A stretch of DNA of 63,886 nucleotides from the NCBI RefSeq assembly GCF_001194135.2, contig NC_068990.1, positions 7,238,742 to 7,302,627 on the forward strand, in the 5' to 3' direction. The position numbers and the translations under genes were made by a program. Origin of the DNA: Octopus bimaculoides. Taxonomy: Eukaryota. Positions 13,800-27,785 of the stretch are shown piece by piece (position 1 is the stretch's first letter; each line of letters opens with the position of its first letter). The notes under the pieces are model-generated. The model saw only the letters and a list, made by a program, of their open reading frames with translations, had not been told where the DNA came from and did not search any database.

Positions 13800-14916
13800 T
13801 ACACACACACACTCTCTCTCCCCCTCCCCCTCTCTCTGTCTCAACTTTACGATGAAAGTAAACAAACAAAGTTTGTTCTGTTTTAGAAGCGTTGAGATGT
13901 ATTGTAAGATACAGAAATAAATTTATTTCTTAAATTTAACGTTAGCGTCTTATGAAGCTAAATTTATAAGTTCTAAAATTGAAGAAGAATTCGTTGCTGG
14001 GCAGTTTAGTTTAATGATAAAACACTTGACACGTAATCACAGAGATGTGAGTTCGAGTCTCATGGCTGGCCAGTAACGTATTTTTCTGCAATAAATGGAT
14101 AATTTATCCTGATCTCGCTATTTATAGCATTATCACGCGTTTGAGAAATAAATTTATTTCTGTATCTTACAATACATCTCAACGCTTCTAAAAAAGAACA
14201 AACTTCGTTTGTTTACTTTCATCGTAAAGTTGAATTTAGTTTATATTATTAGTTTCTATATATGCTTCACCATTTTGGTTGCTTAGAACCCTACATTAGG
14301 TTTTCTGAGTGCAATTTCATGCTTAATCAGATTGATTGTCAGGGAACACTTTATTGCATTCTATCACAGAAAACCCTTTCAAGAACTGGATAGATGCTGA
14401 GGCATTTTACAAATGTTTAGAAAGGGAAATGGAAGAAAAATAATTGGTTGAGAAGGGGAAAAACTGAACTAAGAAAGAAGAGAGATTTTTAGATGATTTA
14501 AGCAGTTTGCCATTTTAAAATTGACGTTTTTATTCCTATGTTTATCAACCTTTCAATCTTTTTGTACCTCCTATATTTATCATGCATAACTCATTACATA
14601 TTATTTTTATTTATATATAATTGTATATGTACTTTTATATATTTTTATATATCTTCTATATCTTTCTGTATGTTTGGTTTTATATTCTTTATACCCTTGG
14701 AGAATCTTTATGTCTGCATATGCATGATTTATGCTGACGTGTATAAATACATATGCTTCACTACTTTGATTGCATGATTTCATCTATGCATTCAGGAATC
14801 TGTTTGACTGCCGAAAATTTGCGGTTTCAATTTTCTCTACTCTATATTATTTTTTTGCATTGGTTCTCTATGAGGACTCTGTAAACAGCCCATATATTTT
14901 AAAACATATTTAATAT

Positions 14917-14955
<39 letters not shown>

Positions 14956-17900
14956 CTGTAGTAATGAAGTCAAACCAAGTAGTAATATTTTGAAATCATT
15001 TATTATGTATGTTTCAGGTTTGCATAATATATAATCAGAAATATGTCCACTACGTAAACCATCCCATTTTCTTTCAATACTATTCACTTGTACATCCTTT
15101 CTTCCCATCCCCACTATCTTACATTACATATCCTTCTCTTCTTTTACCCCCTTTCTTTCTCTCCCTTCGTCCATTTCTCTCTCTCTTCTCCTCTGTATAC
15201 ATGTCTATCCTCCTAACTTAGTAACCAATTTACTACTCTAACCACACACACACAAACTCATGCACACACACAGATATATATATATTGAGATTTTTCCATC
15301 AATTTCTTCATATTTTGAATTGCTATAACTGAGGAAGGCTTACGTAATAGATGCATTTCCTATTATATAATATGCAAACCTGAAATGAATGTACTAAATT
15401 ATTTTAAGATATCACTATTTGGCTGGCCTTCTTTATTACAACTAATATGACTCTATGTCAGAACAAGCTACCCAGCCTTGACTCCACTTATGTGGACACT
15501 CTAACGCTGATGTGGAGTAGTTTGTGATATAAATCTCAAAATAAATATAAGCATGTTCTACATATTTTTTCCACAGAAATATATCCAGGTTCATCTAGCA
15601 GAAAAAGGTAGATAGATTATGCATACAAAGAATGCCGTCATAAGGATGTTAAGAGAAGGTGGTACAAGTTTTTATAGACACTAGTATTGTTAGATGTGAT
15701 CTGGTGGTCTTGCAACTGGAGATGATGGAGATTTATCTCCCCATTAGTGATATAACCAAAAAGTCAATATAACTGTTTTTCTCATGGTATCTACCACAGT
15801 ATAGTCTGTTCTGACAGAACATTCACATTTAAGTGGGGATAAATATTACCTCTTGGCATTAATACTATCTCTGTCACTAATATATATATTAACAAGCTCA
15901 CTGGCTAATTGCAACACCACCGCCTGGAACTGTTTTTCTACATATTACTAGTGGAGAGATGAGTCGCTGCTATCTCTAGCAATTAAGTGTCCATCATTGA
16001 CAAGACCAAAGAAGGTCAAAATCACATTATCAGATGGCCTCAGCATTGGATATGGCATGGATTTATCTCCAAGCTAGTGATATAAACAAGAATGCATTTT
16101 GCACCAAAAGCCAATATGAGAGTTTCTCTCATGGTACAATAAAGTCTGTTCTAACAGAACATCCACTTTTAAGTGGATATATTTTAGCTCTCGGTATATA
16201 TACTGCCTCTGTAACTAATATATATTAGTATTGTTACAATTCAGAATTATAATCCATCAATATCAAAATTGCAAAACCCATATACTTTCTCTCTATAAAT
16301 CTATAAAAAAGTGCTTGAAATGACCTTCTTGTATAACTCTCTGTTAGCTTGCTGTTGTTGATGATATTGTGTGTATGTTTAGTTCATCTACACATCTCTG
16401 CTGAAATCACTGATCCATAACAAGGAAAAATATATAAATTATGTATATATATATTCATTTTAAGAATGTTACATTGCTTATTTTTGACTCGTAATTTCAT
16501 TTAGGTTGTTTTGTACATTATTATATCATTTCTCTGAAATAGAATTATTCTATTTCATTGAGCTCTTTGCTAAATTTTACACAAAAAATATTCTTATAAT
16601 AATTACAAAACATATCTTTCACTATTATTCATATATATATAAGCACTGACTTATATATATGAATAAGGTAGTAAAATGTTTGCTTCCCAACCACATGGTT
16701 CTGGGCTCAGTCCCACTGTGTGATAACTTGGGCTAGTGTCTTTTGCTATAGCCGCAGGCCAACCAAAGCTTTGTGAGAGAATTTGGTAGATAGAAACTGA
16801 ATGATGCTCACCATATGTGTATGTGTGTGTGTGTGTATGTGTGTTTTTCCCCTGTCATTGCTTGACAACCGGTATTTGTGTTGGTATCCCTGTAAATTAG
16901 CAGTTCAGAAAAAGAGATTGATACAATAAGTACAAAAATAAGTACTGGAGTTGATTCATTTCATTAAAATTCTTCAAGGCAGTGCCCCAGCATGGTCACA
17001 GTCTAATAACTGAAACAAGTAAAAGATAAAACAGACATATATTCATATTTGTTGTGTAGGTGCAGGAGTGGCTGTGTAGTATAGGCGCAATGGTGGCTGT
17101 GGTAAGTAGCTTGCTTACCAGCCACATGGTTCTGGGTTCAGTCCTATTGTGTGGGACCTTGGGCAAGTGTCTTCTACTATAGCCTCGGGCCGACCAAAGC
17201 CTTGTGAGTGGATTTGGTAGACAGAAACTGTATGTGTGTTTGTGTGTCTGTGTTTGTTCCCCCACCATTGCTTGACAACTGATGCAGGTGTGTTTACGTC
17301 CCCGTAACTTAGAAGTTCGGCAAAAGAGACCAATAGAATAAGTACTAGGTTTACAAAGAATAAGTCCTGGGGTCGATTTGTTTGACTAAAAGCAGTGCTC
17401 CAGCATAGCCACAGTCAAATGACTGAAACAAGTAAAAGAGTAGTCATGTATATACATTAAATTAAAATACTTGCTTTATCTCATGTCATTTATATTTCTA
17501 TGAAAATAATATTACTTATGATTGATTTGATTAGATGATTTTGCTTCATTTTCTTTTTTATTCAGGGTGAGCATATTTGGATTGTCTTAGATGGACCAGT
17601 CGATGCTATTTGGATAGAAAACTTAAACTCAGTGTTGGATGATAACAAAACACTTACCCTTGCAAATGGTGACCGTATACCAATGGCACCCCTTTGCAAA
17701 ATTATATTTGAAGTCCATAATATAGATAATGCTTCCCCTGCTACTGTGTCACGAAATGGAATGGTTTTTATGAGCAGCTCTATTCTCAATTGGGATCCTT
17801 TACTTCAAGGTAACGAAGAATTTTCAAAAGCTATTTATGAATATTTTACTTTCTGATGTTTTTGTTGAGTGAAGTAAATTTTCTTCTCTCTAGATACAAA

Positions 17901-20900
17901 TCTGTTCTGGAAGCAGTTTTTTAATCATTATTACCCATCCTGGCATCAGCAAAACTAATTAGGCTGAATTTGAATACTTTTAATTATGGCTTTTGTTTTG
18001 CTAACTCGAATGTTTTCTTTTTTGTGTGTGTATTTTGTTGTTTCAGAAATTTATATTGCTTTCTCATTTCCTTTTTTCTTTTTTCACTTGACTAAATAAG
18101 TCTTCTTGTCTGGTAAACAAATCTAAGCAGCACCAAAGTTGGTTTCTACCTAAGTTGGTTAAGTCAGAAAAGTATCAATAAATTCAAATGTATTGGAAGG
18201 GAAAGAGACAGGCAGCTCTTGGAAATACCTTTTTATCCATTGTCATTTTGTAGAAGTCATCTTCAATGTAAATTGAAAATGCCTTCCAATTTGACTTGGC
18301 TTTGAAGAGTCATTACTTTGCAATGAGTTATAGTAAAAATTCTAGTTCTGCAGTTCTAACCCAGTTTATCTTTACTAAACTGACAAAATAACTTTATGTT
18401 CGTCATATAATTCATATATAAGGTAGGTTATTTGATCACAGTTTGAAGTATCTTGGCAGGATATTCAAAAGTTGGAGCAAGAAAAAATCTAAAGAAATTC
18501 AAGTGAATGAAAAGCAAATACAAGCACAGGGTGTAAACAAGAAGTTTTTCTGAAATGAGGATAAACTTTGTTTCTCACTCAGAAGGGTGCTTGATTTCTG
18601 TGACAGTTCAAACAATGATAGATTTAAATTGTGGTAATTAGTGGTTCGGGACTCAGCAAGAGATGTAGCTAGTTGCTGTAGAGGACTTGAACTATTTCAG
18701 GTAACCCGCTGCAAAGTGTGAATAATCATTATCAAAGTGATTAAATAAATGTCAGATGCACAGCACAGGTATTGACAGCCTACCACCAGTGGCTTGTGAG
18801 AGAATACCTGAGAACAACTTAAAACTAATTTTAATATAATTTTTCTGTTCATAAGGAAGCCAGGCTATGAAGTCCATACTTGTAAAATATGGATAGAGCA
18901 GTAAATGCAGGGGATAAAATAATTGGACATGAAAGAGTTGAGAAGAATAAACTATATGAACAATGAAAAGGGTTTAGGCATAAGTGAGTTTAGGAAGTGA
19001 CTGATCAAAGATATTTGCCAAATCTATGCTAGCAAAATAATTACAGATATCTGATGTAAATGAGAACTGGGTGATAGGTGAAAATTATGTTTTGATAAAT
19101 AGATCCAATGAAAACTAAGGCAAAATGTGGAATGAAGAGTGGAATTGTTGTCTTTGATAGCTGGTGTTACACTAGATAGGCACAACATAAAATTTATAAT
19201 AGATGTACTGTGTTTTAACGAACATGTAATTTTAGTCTGATCATGAAAAGTAAACAGTATTTGTACACGTTTTTATCTCTTCATGAATAGGCTATGCATG
19301 ACTGAGCAGACCAGTTTCTAGTCTTCTTGCAATTTCAATAAAGAAAGAATATTGACCTTCTATTCTTAAAGTGAAAAGCTGATTAAAAAGTTATTTAAAC
19401 TACATTCAGATTATGACTCAAGCTTCTCAATCTAATTTGCATAACAAAACCTTAAATTAACATACATAGAAATATATTATAGATTTAATTGAGAATATTT
19501 TAAAATATATTAAAAACAAAGTAATGACCATTGTAGTTACTAACCTCACTATTATCAGCAGCAGCACCACCACCACCACTGTCACCACAGAAGAGGCAGT
19601 TAAGCTATTACTCCAAATTCTATCATGTCACTAAGGACAGGTCATTAAATTTGCTTGTTCTAGATTCCTGGCAAATAGAATTAGTTAGTTCTCTCTTCGG
19701 GTGAAAATAACTTTTTCTGCTTCAATAGAAACGGAAAACTGAGAAGTGGCCGCTGTCCTAACCAACAACTGATTAATTATTGTCAATTAATCCAAATGAA
19801 AAAGTGGAGAAGTACATTAGGAAAAGTTAACTGCATTTTGTTCTTTTCAATTAGTTTTTCCCACTAAAGAAAATGTGAAATGTTGCTATCTCCTGTAGAT
19901 TAGAATGACTTTATTGTTCAAGGTTAAACTATTATGTTAATATACAAGTTAAGCAAATATAATTTTTAATTAGCTAAGTTACTTTCTTGTAATCTCCTTC
20001 AGTTTAATAGGAAATGGTATTTAAGTATATTAAAACTAACATTTATCTTCATTCTAGCCTGGCTTGCTACCAAACCAATTGGGATAAGATCTATTGTGTA
20101 CAGCATATTTGAAGAGACTTTTACCATCTCTTACATATTCTTAATTCAAAATTTATGTGCCAAAATCCAGGTATGTATCTTTATAAATTCATAATTAAAT
20201 TTTAAGGAAACATTACAAACATATGTTGGATTACAGCTTAGCCATTTGGCATTCAGGATTACTCTACAAATTTGAACACAGTTGTTTTCAATTAATCATA
20301 TATATCTTATAACTGTGATATTTTCTGGAGAATGTAATTCTTTATTTTTAGAATTACATTGTAGGGTAGGTGTGAAAGGATAGATCTGGTTGGTTTGAAC
20401 ATGAAACAGGTAGAATATTTAGGTTGAACATGATTGGCTTAAATGCTAAACGGTTGAATTTCAGTTAAAATAAAAGCTGTAGTCTCTTGATTTATTTTAG
20501 AATTTTGCTATTGAATAACTTACCATATTCCTTCACAAACAAGATGATTAACATAATATTAACTAGAAAGAAGCACTTGCAATGCCTGGGAAATAAAATA
20601 CCTAGAGGCTAATTTGTTGTATGAGAATCATACTAATTTTGCATTAAATATCTTCTTCGAAACACAAATACTTGTATTATTTGTAAGACAGAGCTGTTAG
20701 CTGGCAGAATTGACACTGTGTCAGAAAAGTGCTTAGCGACATTTCTTCCAGCTCTTTATGCTCTGAGATGAAATTCTGCCAAGGTCAGGTTTACTTTTAT
20801 CCTTCCAGGATTGATGAAACGAGTACCAGATAAATGCTGAAGTTGAAGAAATCAACCAAACCTTCCTGTCAAAATCTCAGGCCTTGTGCCAAGAGTAGAA

Positions 20901-21153
20901 AGAATTATTTGTAACTGAGATACTTTTTTTGTTTTCTTAAGATTTCACTTCCATTTCAATAACATTCTCTCTCCGTCTCTCTCTCTCTCTCTCCCCCTCT
21001 CACACGCACACACACACACACAATGCTTGCTTAGCTACCACTTGCAAGCAAATATGACCTCAGGCGCTCATGTAGTCACAAGCTGATATAGACACCCTCT
21101 CAACTCATCCATGCCTGATCCAGCAGAATATAGATGTGGTGACAGCTACAAGT

Positions 21154-21196
<43 letters not shown>

Positions 21197-21660
21197 TGTT
21201 GGCGACAGGCTGGTAATCATTTTTAACTGAGTTGAGAGGATCAACATAAAATGAAGCACCTTGCTTAAGAACACAACATACTGCCATGTCTGTGGATCAA
21301 ATCCATGACCTTATGAACATGAGTCCTAAGCACAAAGTGACATGTCTTCACACACACACACACACACACACACGCGCGTGTGTGTAGATATATGAAGGTA
21401 GTTAGCTGGCAGAAACGTTAGCACCCCGGGTGAAATGCTTAGCGATATTTCGTCTGTCTTTATGTTCTGAGTTCAAATTCCGCTGAGCTTGACTTTGCCT
21501 TTCATCGCTTTGGGGGCGATAAATTAAGTACCAGTTGTGTACTGGGGTCAATAAATTAAGTACCAGTTGCGTACTGGGGTCAATAAATTAAGTACCAGTT
21601 GCGTACTAGGGTCAATCTAATCTCACCAAAAATTTCAGGCCTTGTGCCTAAAGTAGAAAA

Positions 21661-21702
<42 letters not shown>

Positions 21703-22470
21703 ATGTGTGTATGTATACATGTGCATATGTATGTATTTATTTATTGATATGTAACCATTTGGAGAAGTACTCAATATAGATATAGTGTGCTATACCACTT
21801 TAGCTGATGTAGCTTTCATCCAGGATTAGTATAAGTGAGTGGAGAAGAAAAATAAGGAAAATGCAAATTGAGGGCAAACAATAGAGAGAAAAGATAAAAG
21901 AAAGAGAGAAGAAAATGATGTATATGTGTGTGGACATGCATAGACACACATGTGCGCACACACACACTTATACAAAGTACGTGCACATGCGCACATACAC
22001 GGATGTACATGTGCACATGTCTCTCACGTATGCATGTGCATGATCATGCAAATGTACATACACACACTTGGATCCTGTTAATGGTCAGGGTTTAAATTCA
22101 ACTAAATGAAAAGGATCTCGTGTCATATTATTATTATTAATATATACTTAGATTATTAATATATAGATAGATTCTTTACAAAATTTGGATAAAATTATTA
22201 AAGGATACATGCAAAAAATGCATCACACACATGCATGCAGATATGCACATAGTTATGCACACATGAGTGTGCAAGGGAGAGAGAGAGTGGACAGGCAAAC
22301 AGCCTTACTCATACACATGCATACACACACACATACACACATAGGCACACATGTGCTCAGACAAAGGTATTCAACTCCCTCCAGCATCACCCAACCTGTT
22401 TGGTATCGCCTGGTGGAGATTGCAGAATAAAGGTGAGGTAGACCCAGGAAGACTTGGGACGAGGCGGTGT

Positions 22471-22534
<64 letters not shown>

Positions 22535-25500
22535 ATTATACATGTACAGTGGTGCCATTTAATTTAAGAACGTTTGTATACTAATGGTAAAATGGAATGT
22601 TTTATATATTCAGGTTATAAATTGAGAATAAAGATGTATATCAAAATAAAGAAAATTTTACGAGCTTTAATATGGTATACAACTTTACAGCATAACATCA
22701 ACATATTAATTTTAAATTAAAAATAAACTTTATTTTGTGTAATTTACATCACCACTTAATTTAAGAACGATTTGCAAAATTTCATTTCTTTTTGCCTTGT
22801 TGACTAATATAAAGGTGGGGTAATTTGCATGCTGTTACAATTTTTAATTGTATTTGATGAGTAAGAGACAAAACTTGATACCAGAAACCAGAGTGAGGAT
22901 CGCTCAGCTTAGTAGGCTGAAATGGTCATGTAAAACCTATTTCAAATGTAGTTGGCTGCTTTAAAACAGCCATCTACAATGCTGTCCATCATTATAAAGA
23001 AACTAATGATTATAAAGACCACTCTTGACCTGAGTAAACAAGAAAAACAACCACAAGAATGGATATATACATTCATAAACTGTCCCTAAAAAGATGAAAA
23101 ATAACTGTTGTTGACATTTTAAAAGAAATTGGGCAAAAACATGAACTTACCATTGGAGTGTCCACCATAAAAAACTGTCTCAAAGAATTTGAACTTCTAG
23201 GAAGAGTCTCTTGCAAAAAGCCATACATTTCTTTAAAAAGTCGATGTGACCGAATACAGTTTGCAAAAGAGCATTTGAATTGGAGTCCAGCAGACTGGTT
23301 GAATGTGTTGTGGTCGGATGAGTTAAAGTTCAACTTGTTCGGCAGCGATGGCAGGAAGTATGTAAGAAGGCATATAGGTGAAGAATATCATCCAGAATGC
23401 ATCCAACCTATAATTAAGCACAGTGGTGGAAGTGTGATGGTGTGGGGGTACATGTCTGGAAAAGATGGAAAAGGTGATGGTCTTATAATAAGAATCAAGA
23501 GCATTATGGATAGTAAATCCTATCTAGAAATATTGGAGAAGACTATGCTTCTATATTCCTGAAAGCATTTGGGCCGATCTTGGATGTTCTAGCATGACGA
23601 CAACCTGAAACACACCTTGCACCTAGTCAGAGATTACATTAGGTCTCAGAGAATTCAATTGATACAGTGGCTGGCACAGTCACCCGACCTAAATCCCATC
23701 GAAAATCTTTGGGAAAGGTTGGGTAGAGCTGTGTAAAGTAGTAAGCTAAAGAATAAGGATGATTTTTTAAAAACATTATTAGCCAAAATTGGGGAAAAAA
23801 ATTTCAGGAACAGCATTAAATGATCTGAGCAATTCTGTTTTGCAGATGCAAAGCTCTATTAAGTAATTTTGGATATCCAACAAAATACTGATTGTGTGAG
23901 CTTATTGTTTTTTTGTTGATCTCAGAATAAACATTTTAAGGCAAAAATAGGAAATTTTACAAATCGTTCTTAAATTAAATGGTGCTATAAATTACAATAA
24001 TTAAAATTTATTTTTAATTTAAAATTAATATGTTGATGTTATGCTGTAAAGTTGTATAATGTATTAAATCTTGTGAAATTTTCTTTATTTTGGTATATAA
24101 CTTGAAAATATAAAAAATGTCATTAAGTGTTCTTAAATTAAATGGCGCCACTGTATGTGTCTTGGGTGGAGGTGGGGGAATATTAGCTATGTGTTTGTTT
24201 ACTATTATGTGTATATATGTAACAAATAACCTCACATACACACACACACACACACTCTACCTACCTACCTACCTACCTACCTACCTACCTGCCTGCCTGC
24301 CTGCCTGCCTATTTCTCCATCTGCCTATCTCTGCTTTTCTGTTTCTCTATCTGTCAGTCTTACAACACATATGCACATGTGTCTTGGGAATATGTCTATA
24401 CATGTATGTGTGATTTTATGTGTTTTGGGTGGGGGAGGTGTCTGTTTTCGTAAGTATATCTGTGTGCTTATTTGTGAACATGTGTTGTATTTTGTTGGTT
24501 CATTTTTGTGAATGGAAAAAAACTAAAACTATCCTTTTGATAAAAAAAATAAGGATTCCAGAACCCAGAAATGTACTGGAAGAGATTTTACTTGAAAAAA
24601 AGGTAAATGTTTGAGAGTACATGAGTCCACATATTTTTGTGTTGCAATCAACTGTTTTCACAAGATTTAAAGTACACATAAACAGAGAAGCAGATTCTAA
24701 ATTCTCATATTATATGGATCAGCTTGATAATAGTTATGAATGACATTTTAATGAATATTGTTTCAAAAATTTTCCTTAGAGTCAGATTTGTAATCAACAG
24801 TCAATCAAATTTTAGTCAGCTTTTGCTGATGAAATGTGATGAAAGATAGTTAAAAATGAAGGTTACTTTTGAAAAAACAGCGAAAATATCATGAAAAATA
24901 AATAGATTAGAGTAATGTGTTACAAGAGCTGATCACTTTTAAAGCAATGTTTCAAGAAAATGTTATGTATCTTATTTATATTTTTGATCTATTGTTAAAA
25001 CTGCATATCTATAAAGAAACATTTTGTTGAGTTTAATGACTACCTTACACTGAATAAGGCTTTATCGACATCATTATAGGGATTAGCAGTGTTCATTGTG
25101 TCAGTTAAAGCTAATATGATAATAAATTATTTCCTCATTCTATGCATAGGTTTTGAAATTTAATTTACAGGATACATCCTCTTTAAGATTATAGAATTTG
25201 ATTTTTTATTTTTCCTGTTTTTCTATATTGCATGAGCTAAATAATTTAAAGAATTTCACAAGAAATATTCTGGTTTAAATTTTTTCGATGTTTTTGTCTT
25301 TGGATTTCTAGGTGAAGGTCTTCCTTAATAGTAATCAGTGACCCCAGCAGCCAGTTTTCACCTTATCCAACTGGAACAAATCAGCGTGGATCAGTGACAG
25401 ACAACCAAATGTTAAATTATAGTCTGTATCTCATCACTGATGCAGTTGCGTGCCTATGGCATGATATTTAACTAGCAACAAACAAGTGAATCAACCTAGC

Positions 25501-26238
25501 TCTACCAAAATGCTGCAGTTGATCTAACTTGTTTGTTATGAGCAACAGCAATCCTGAGAAGTGATTAGTTAGCCTGTGGCTGCATCCACAGAAAATGCAG
25601 CAAGCAGTAGAGCAATATCTTATCTAGATAACTGGTTTCACAGAAATCCAAAATAAAAATTATCCCATGGAGCCTTGTGATTCAGAAATAAGTTAATTTT
25701 TCTAAAATAAAGATCTTTTGTACAGGAACTTAATTACCGAGTGCTGAAAGTACATTTCATTTCATGTTCCTTGAGTTAGTGATCCAGCATCTCAACTGGT
25801 TAAATACAGCACTGATCTCTCTCCGACAGTCATCTCCCTTAAAATTTATTGCGAGAAGTTTTTTATTTGAGGTTTTGCTCATTCTTGAAGAAAACAGTTT
25901 GTGTTGCTTTTATTTTGCAACTGCTACATGTAATGAAAATAACAATTAAAAATAAAAGTACATGTGATAATTGAAAAATTACTGATATTACTTATCACTG
26001 TTGTTGTTATAACTTTTTTTTTTAAATATGCAGCTGCTTGAATGCAATTATGTTGCACAAGCCTTAACAATTATGGAAGGATATCTGCCTGGAGAGGAAG
26101 AATTGAAAGATATAGCTACCGAAAAGCTTCAAAATATTGTTGTTTTCGCATTGATGTGGTCCCTAGGGGCTTTATTGGAACTTGATGACAGATTAAAGGT
26201 TGTATTTACCATTTATTTATAGTTATCTTAGCAAACTG

Positions 26239-26269
<31 letters not shown>

Positions 26270-26342
26270 CTGATGTTATTAGTCAAATCTATATGTATAC
26301 CAGCAAGTCGGTGTAATTTTCTCCTACATAATTCTCTACTTA

Positions 26343-26374
<32 letters not shown>

Positions 26375-27737
26375 AATACATTACAGTTTTAGTGAATGCT
26401 TGTTATCTTTATTTATTAGGTAAGTAATTCTTTGTGCATGTAGATGCTATTGTGGTATTTGAAGACTGAAAGTCTACTTATGTTATCTATAGTATGAGAC
26501 ATTCCTCAAATATAAATAATATATATACAAGATACAAAATGGAAGTCTGTAGGGCACTGCCCAAGAACTGATAACAGATGAACTGTAGAGAGGAATTTCA
26601 CTGTGACCTAGCTAGTAAAGGGACTTCCAGTTAGGTGGACTTTTCTCAGAGGTCAACTGCTTTTGCCCACATGGTGTATAACAAAATGTAACAAAAAAAA
26701 ATTCTGCATTAACACACTCTCATTCCCAGTTGATTTTTCTGTGTATAAGCTTAACCAAGCTATCAGTCTTTTGACAGGAAGATTTTTTTTGTTCCTGTCG
26801 CAAAAAGACTTACTTCCTGTTTTATGGCTCCTAACAACATTTTATTTACAGATACATGCAGTTCATCATCACTATCGGCAGTATGTGCCATATTTGTGCA
26901 ATAATTCTGCTCATAGCAGTCAACTAGATAAAATTTAAAGATAGTTGGGTACTTGTTTTTTTTTATCAATAAAGTTCATACCGATTTCATTAGTGACATC
27001 ATTAAATTTGCCTTGAAATATCTTCATGACCTCTGTTGACTTTGCCTATACTTGAGACCAGTAAACTTTTGAACAGCATCATAAGATAAGGATAGGATTT
27101 ATGTTAGTCACTTTGCCACTTTGCTGTAGCATGTCACGAAAGATTAATATAAAATATTATAAGAGCAAAAAAGGCCGTGTGGTTAAGAAGCTCACTTCAT
27201 GGTCCTGTCCACAGCATGGCAGTTTGGGCTTCTTCTATTAAAGTCCCAGCCCACCAATACCTTGTGAGTGAATTCACTAGAAAGAAATGGCACAAAAGCC
27301 TAGTGTGTGTGTGTGTGTGTGTGTGTGTCTAGCTACTTGACAACTTGTATTAGCTTGTACTTCAACAAACAGAGAGTCTGACAGAATAAGTAACAAAGTT
27401 AAAATAAATAGATTAGCACTCAGAATTCATGATGTTATGCCAGTGCAACAAAGTAATATTGTGATTTCATGATGCTAACAGGAAATTATCTTTTACTTAT
27501 TGTTATACTTGGGGATGGCCATATTTTGCCAATTAAACACACACACACTATACGTTTGGTCTTCACTTCAGCTTTGTTATAATTATTTTAGTTTCTTTGT
27601 CAAAGGTCTTTCATCATACATCTGTGATCTCTTCACTGAATCTATATTCTGCATGTCTCTTCCTGTTCTGCTTATTCCATTTAAATAATAATGATAGTAA
27701 TAATAAAGTTGAAGTGAAGATCAAATATATATATATA

Positions 27738-27785
<48 letters not shown>

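Noticed and set aside
21519-21614. CRISPR-like 32-bp repeats
   Set aside because: Head-to-tail with no spacers, inside a SINE, in a eukaryotic intron.
24820-24850. CTGATGA...GAAA hammerhead-like words
   Set aside because: No stem II or flanking stems.
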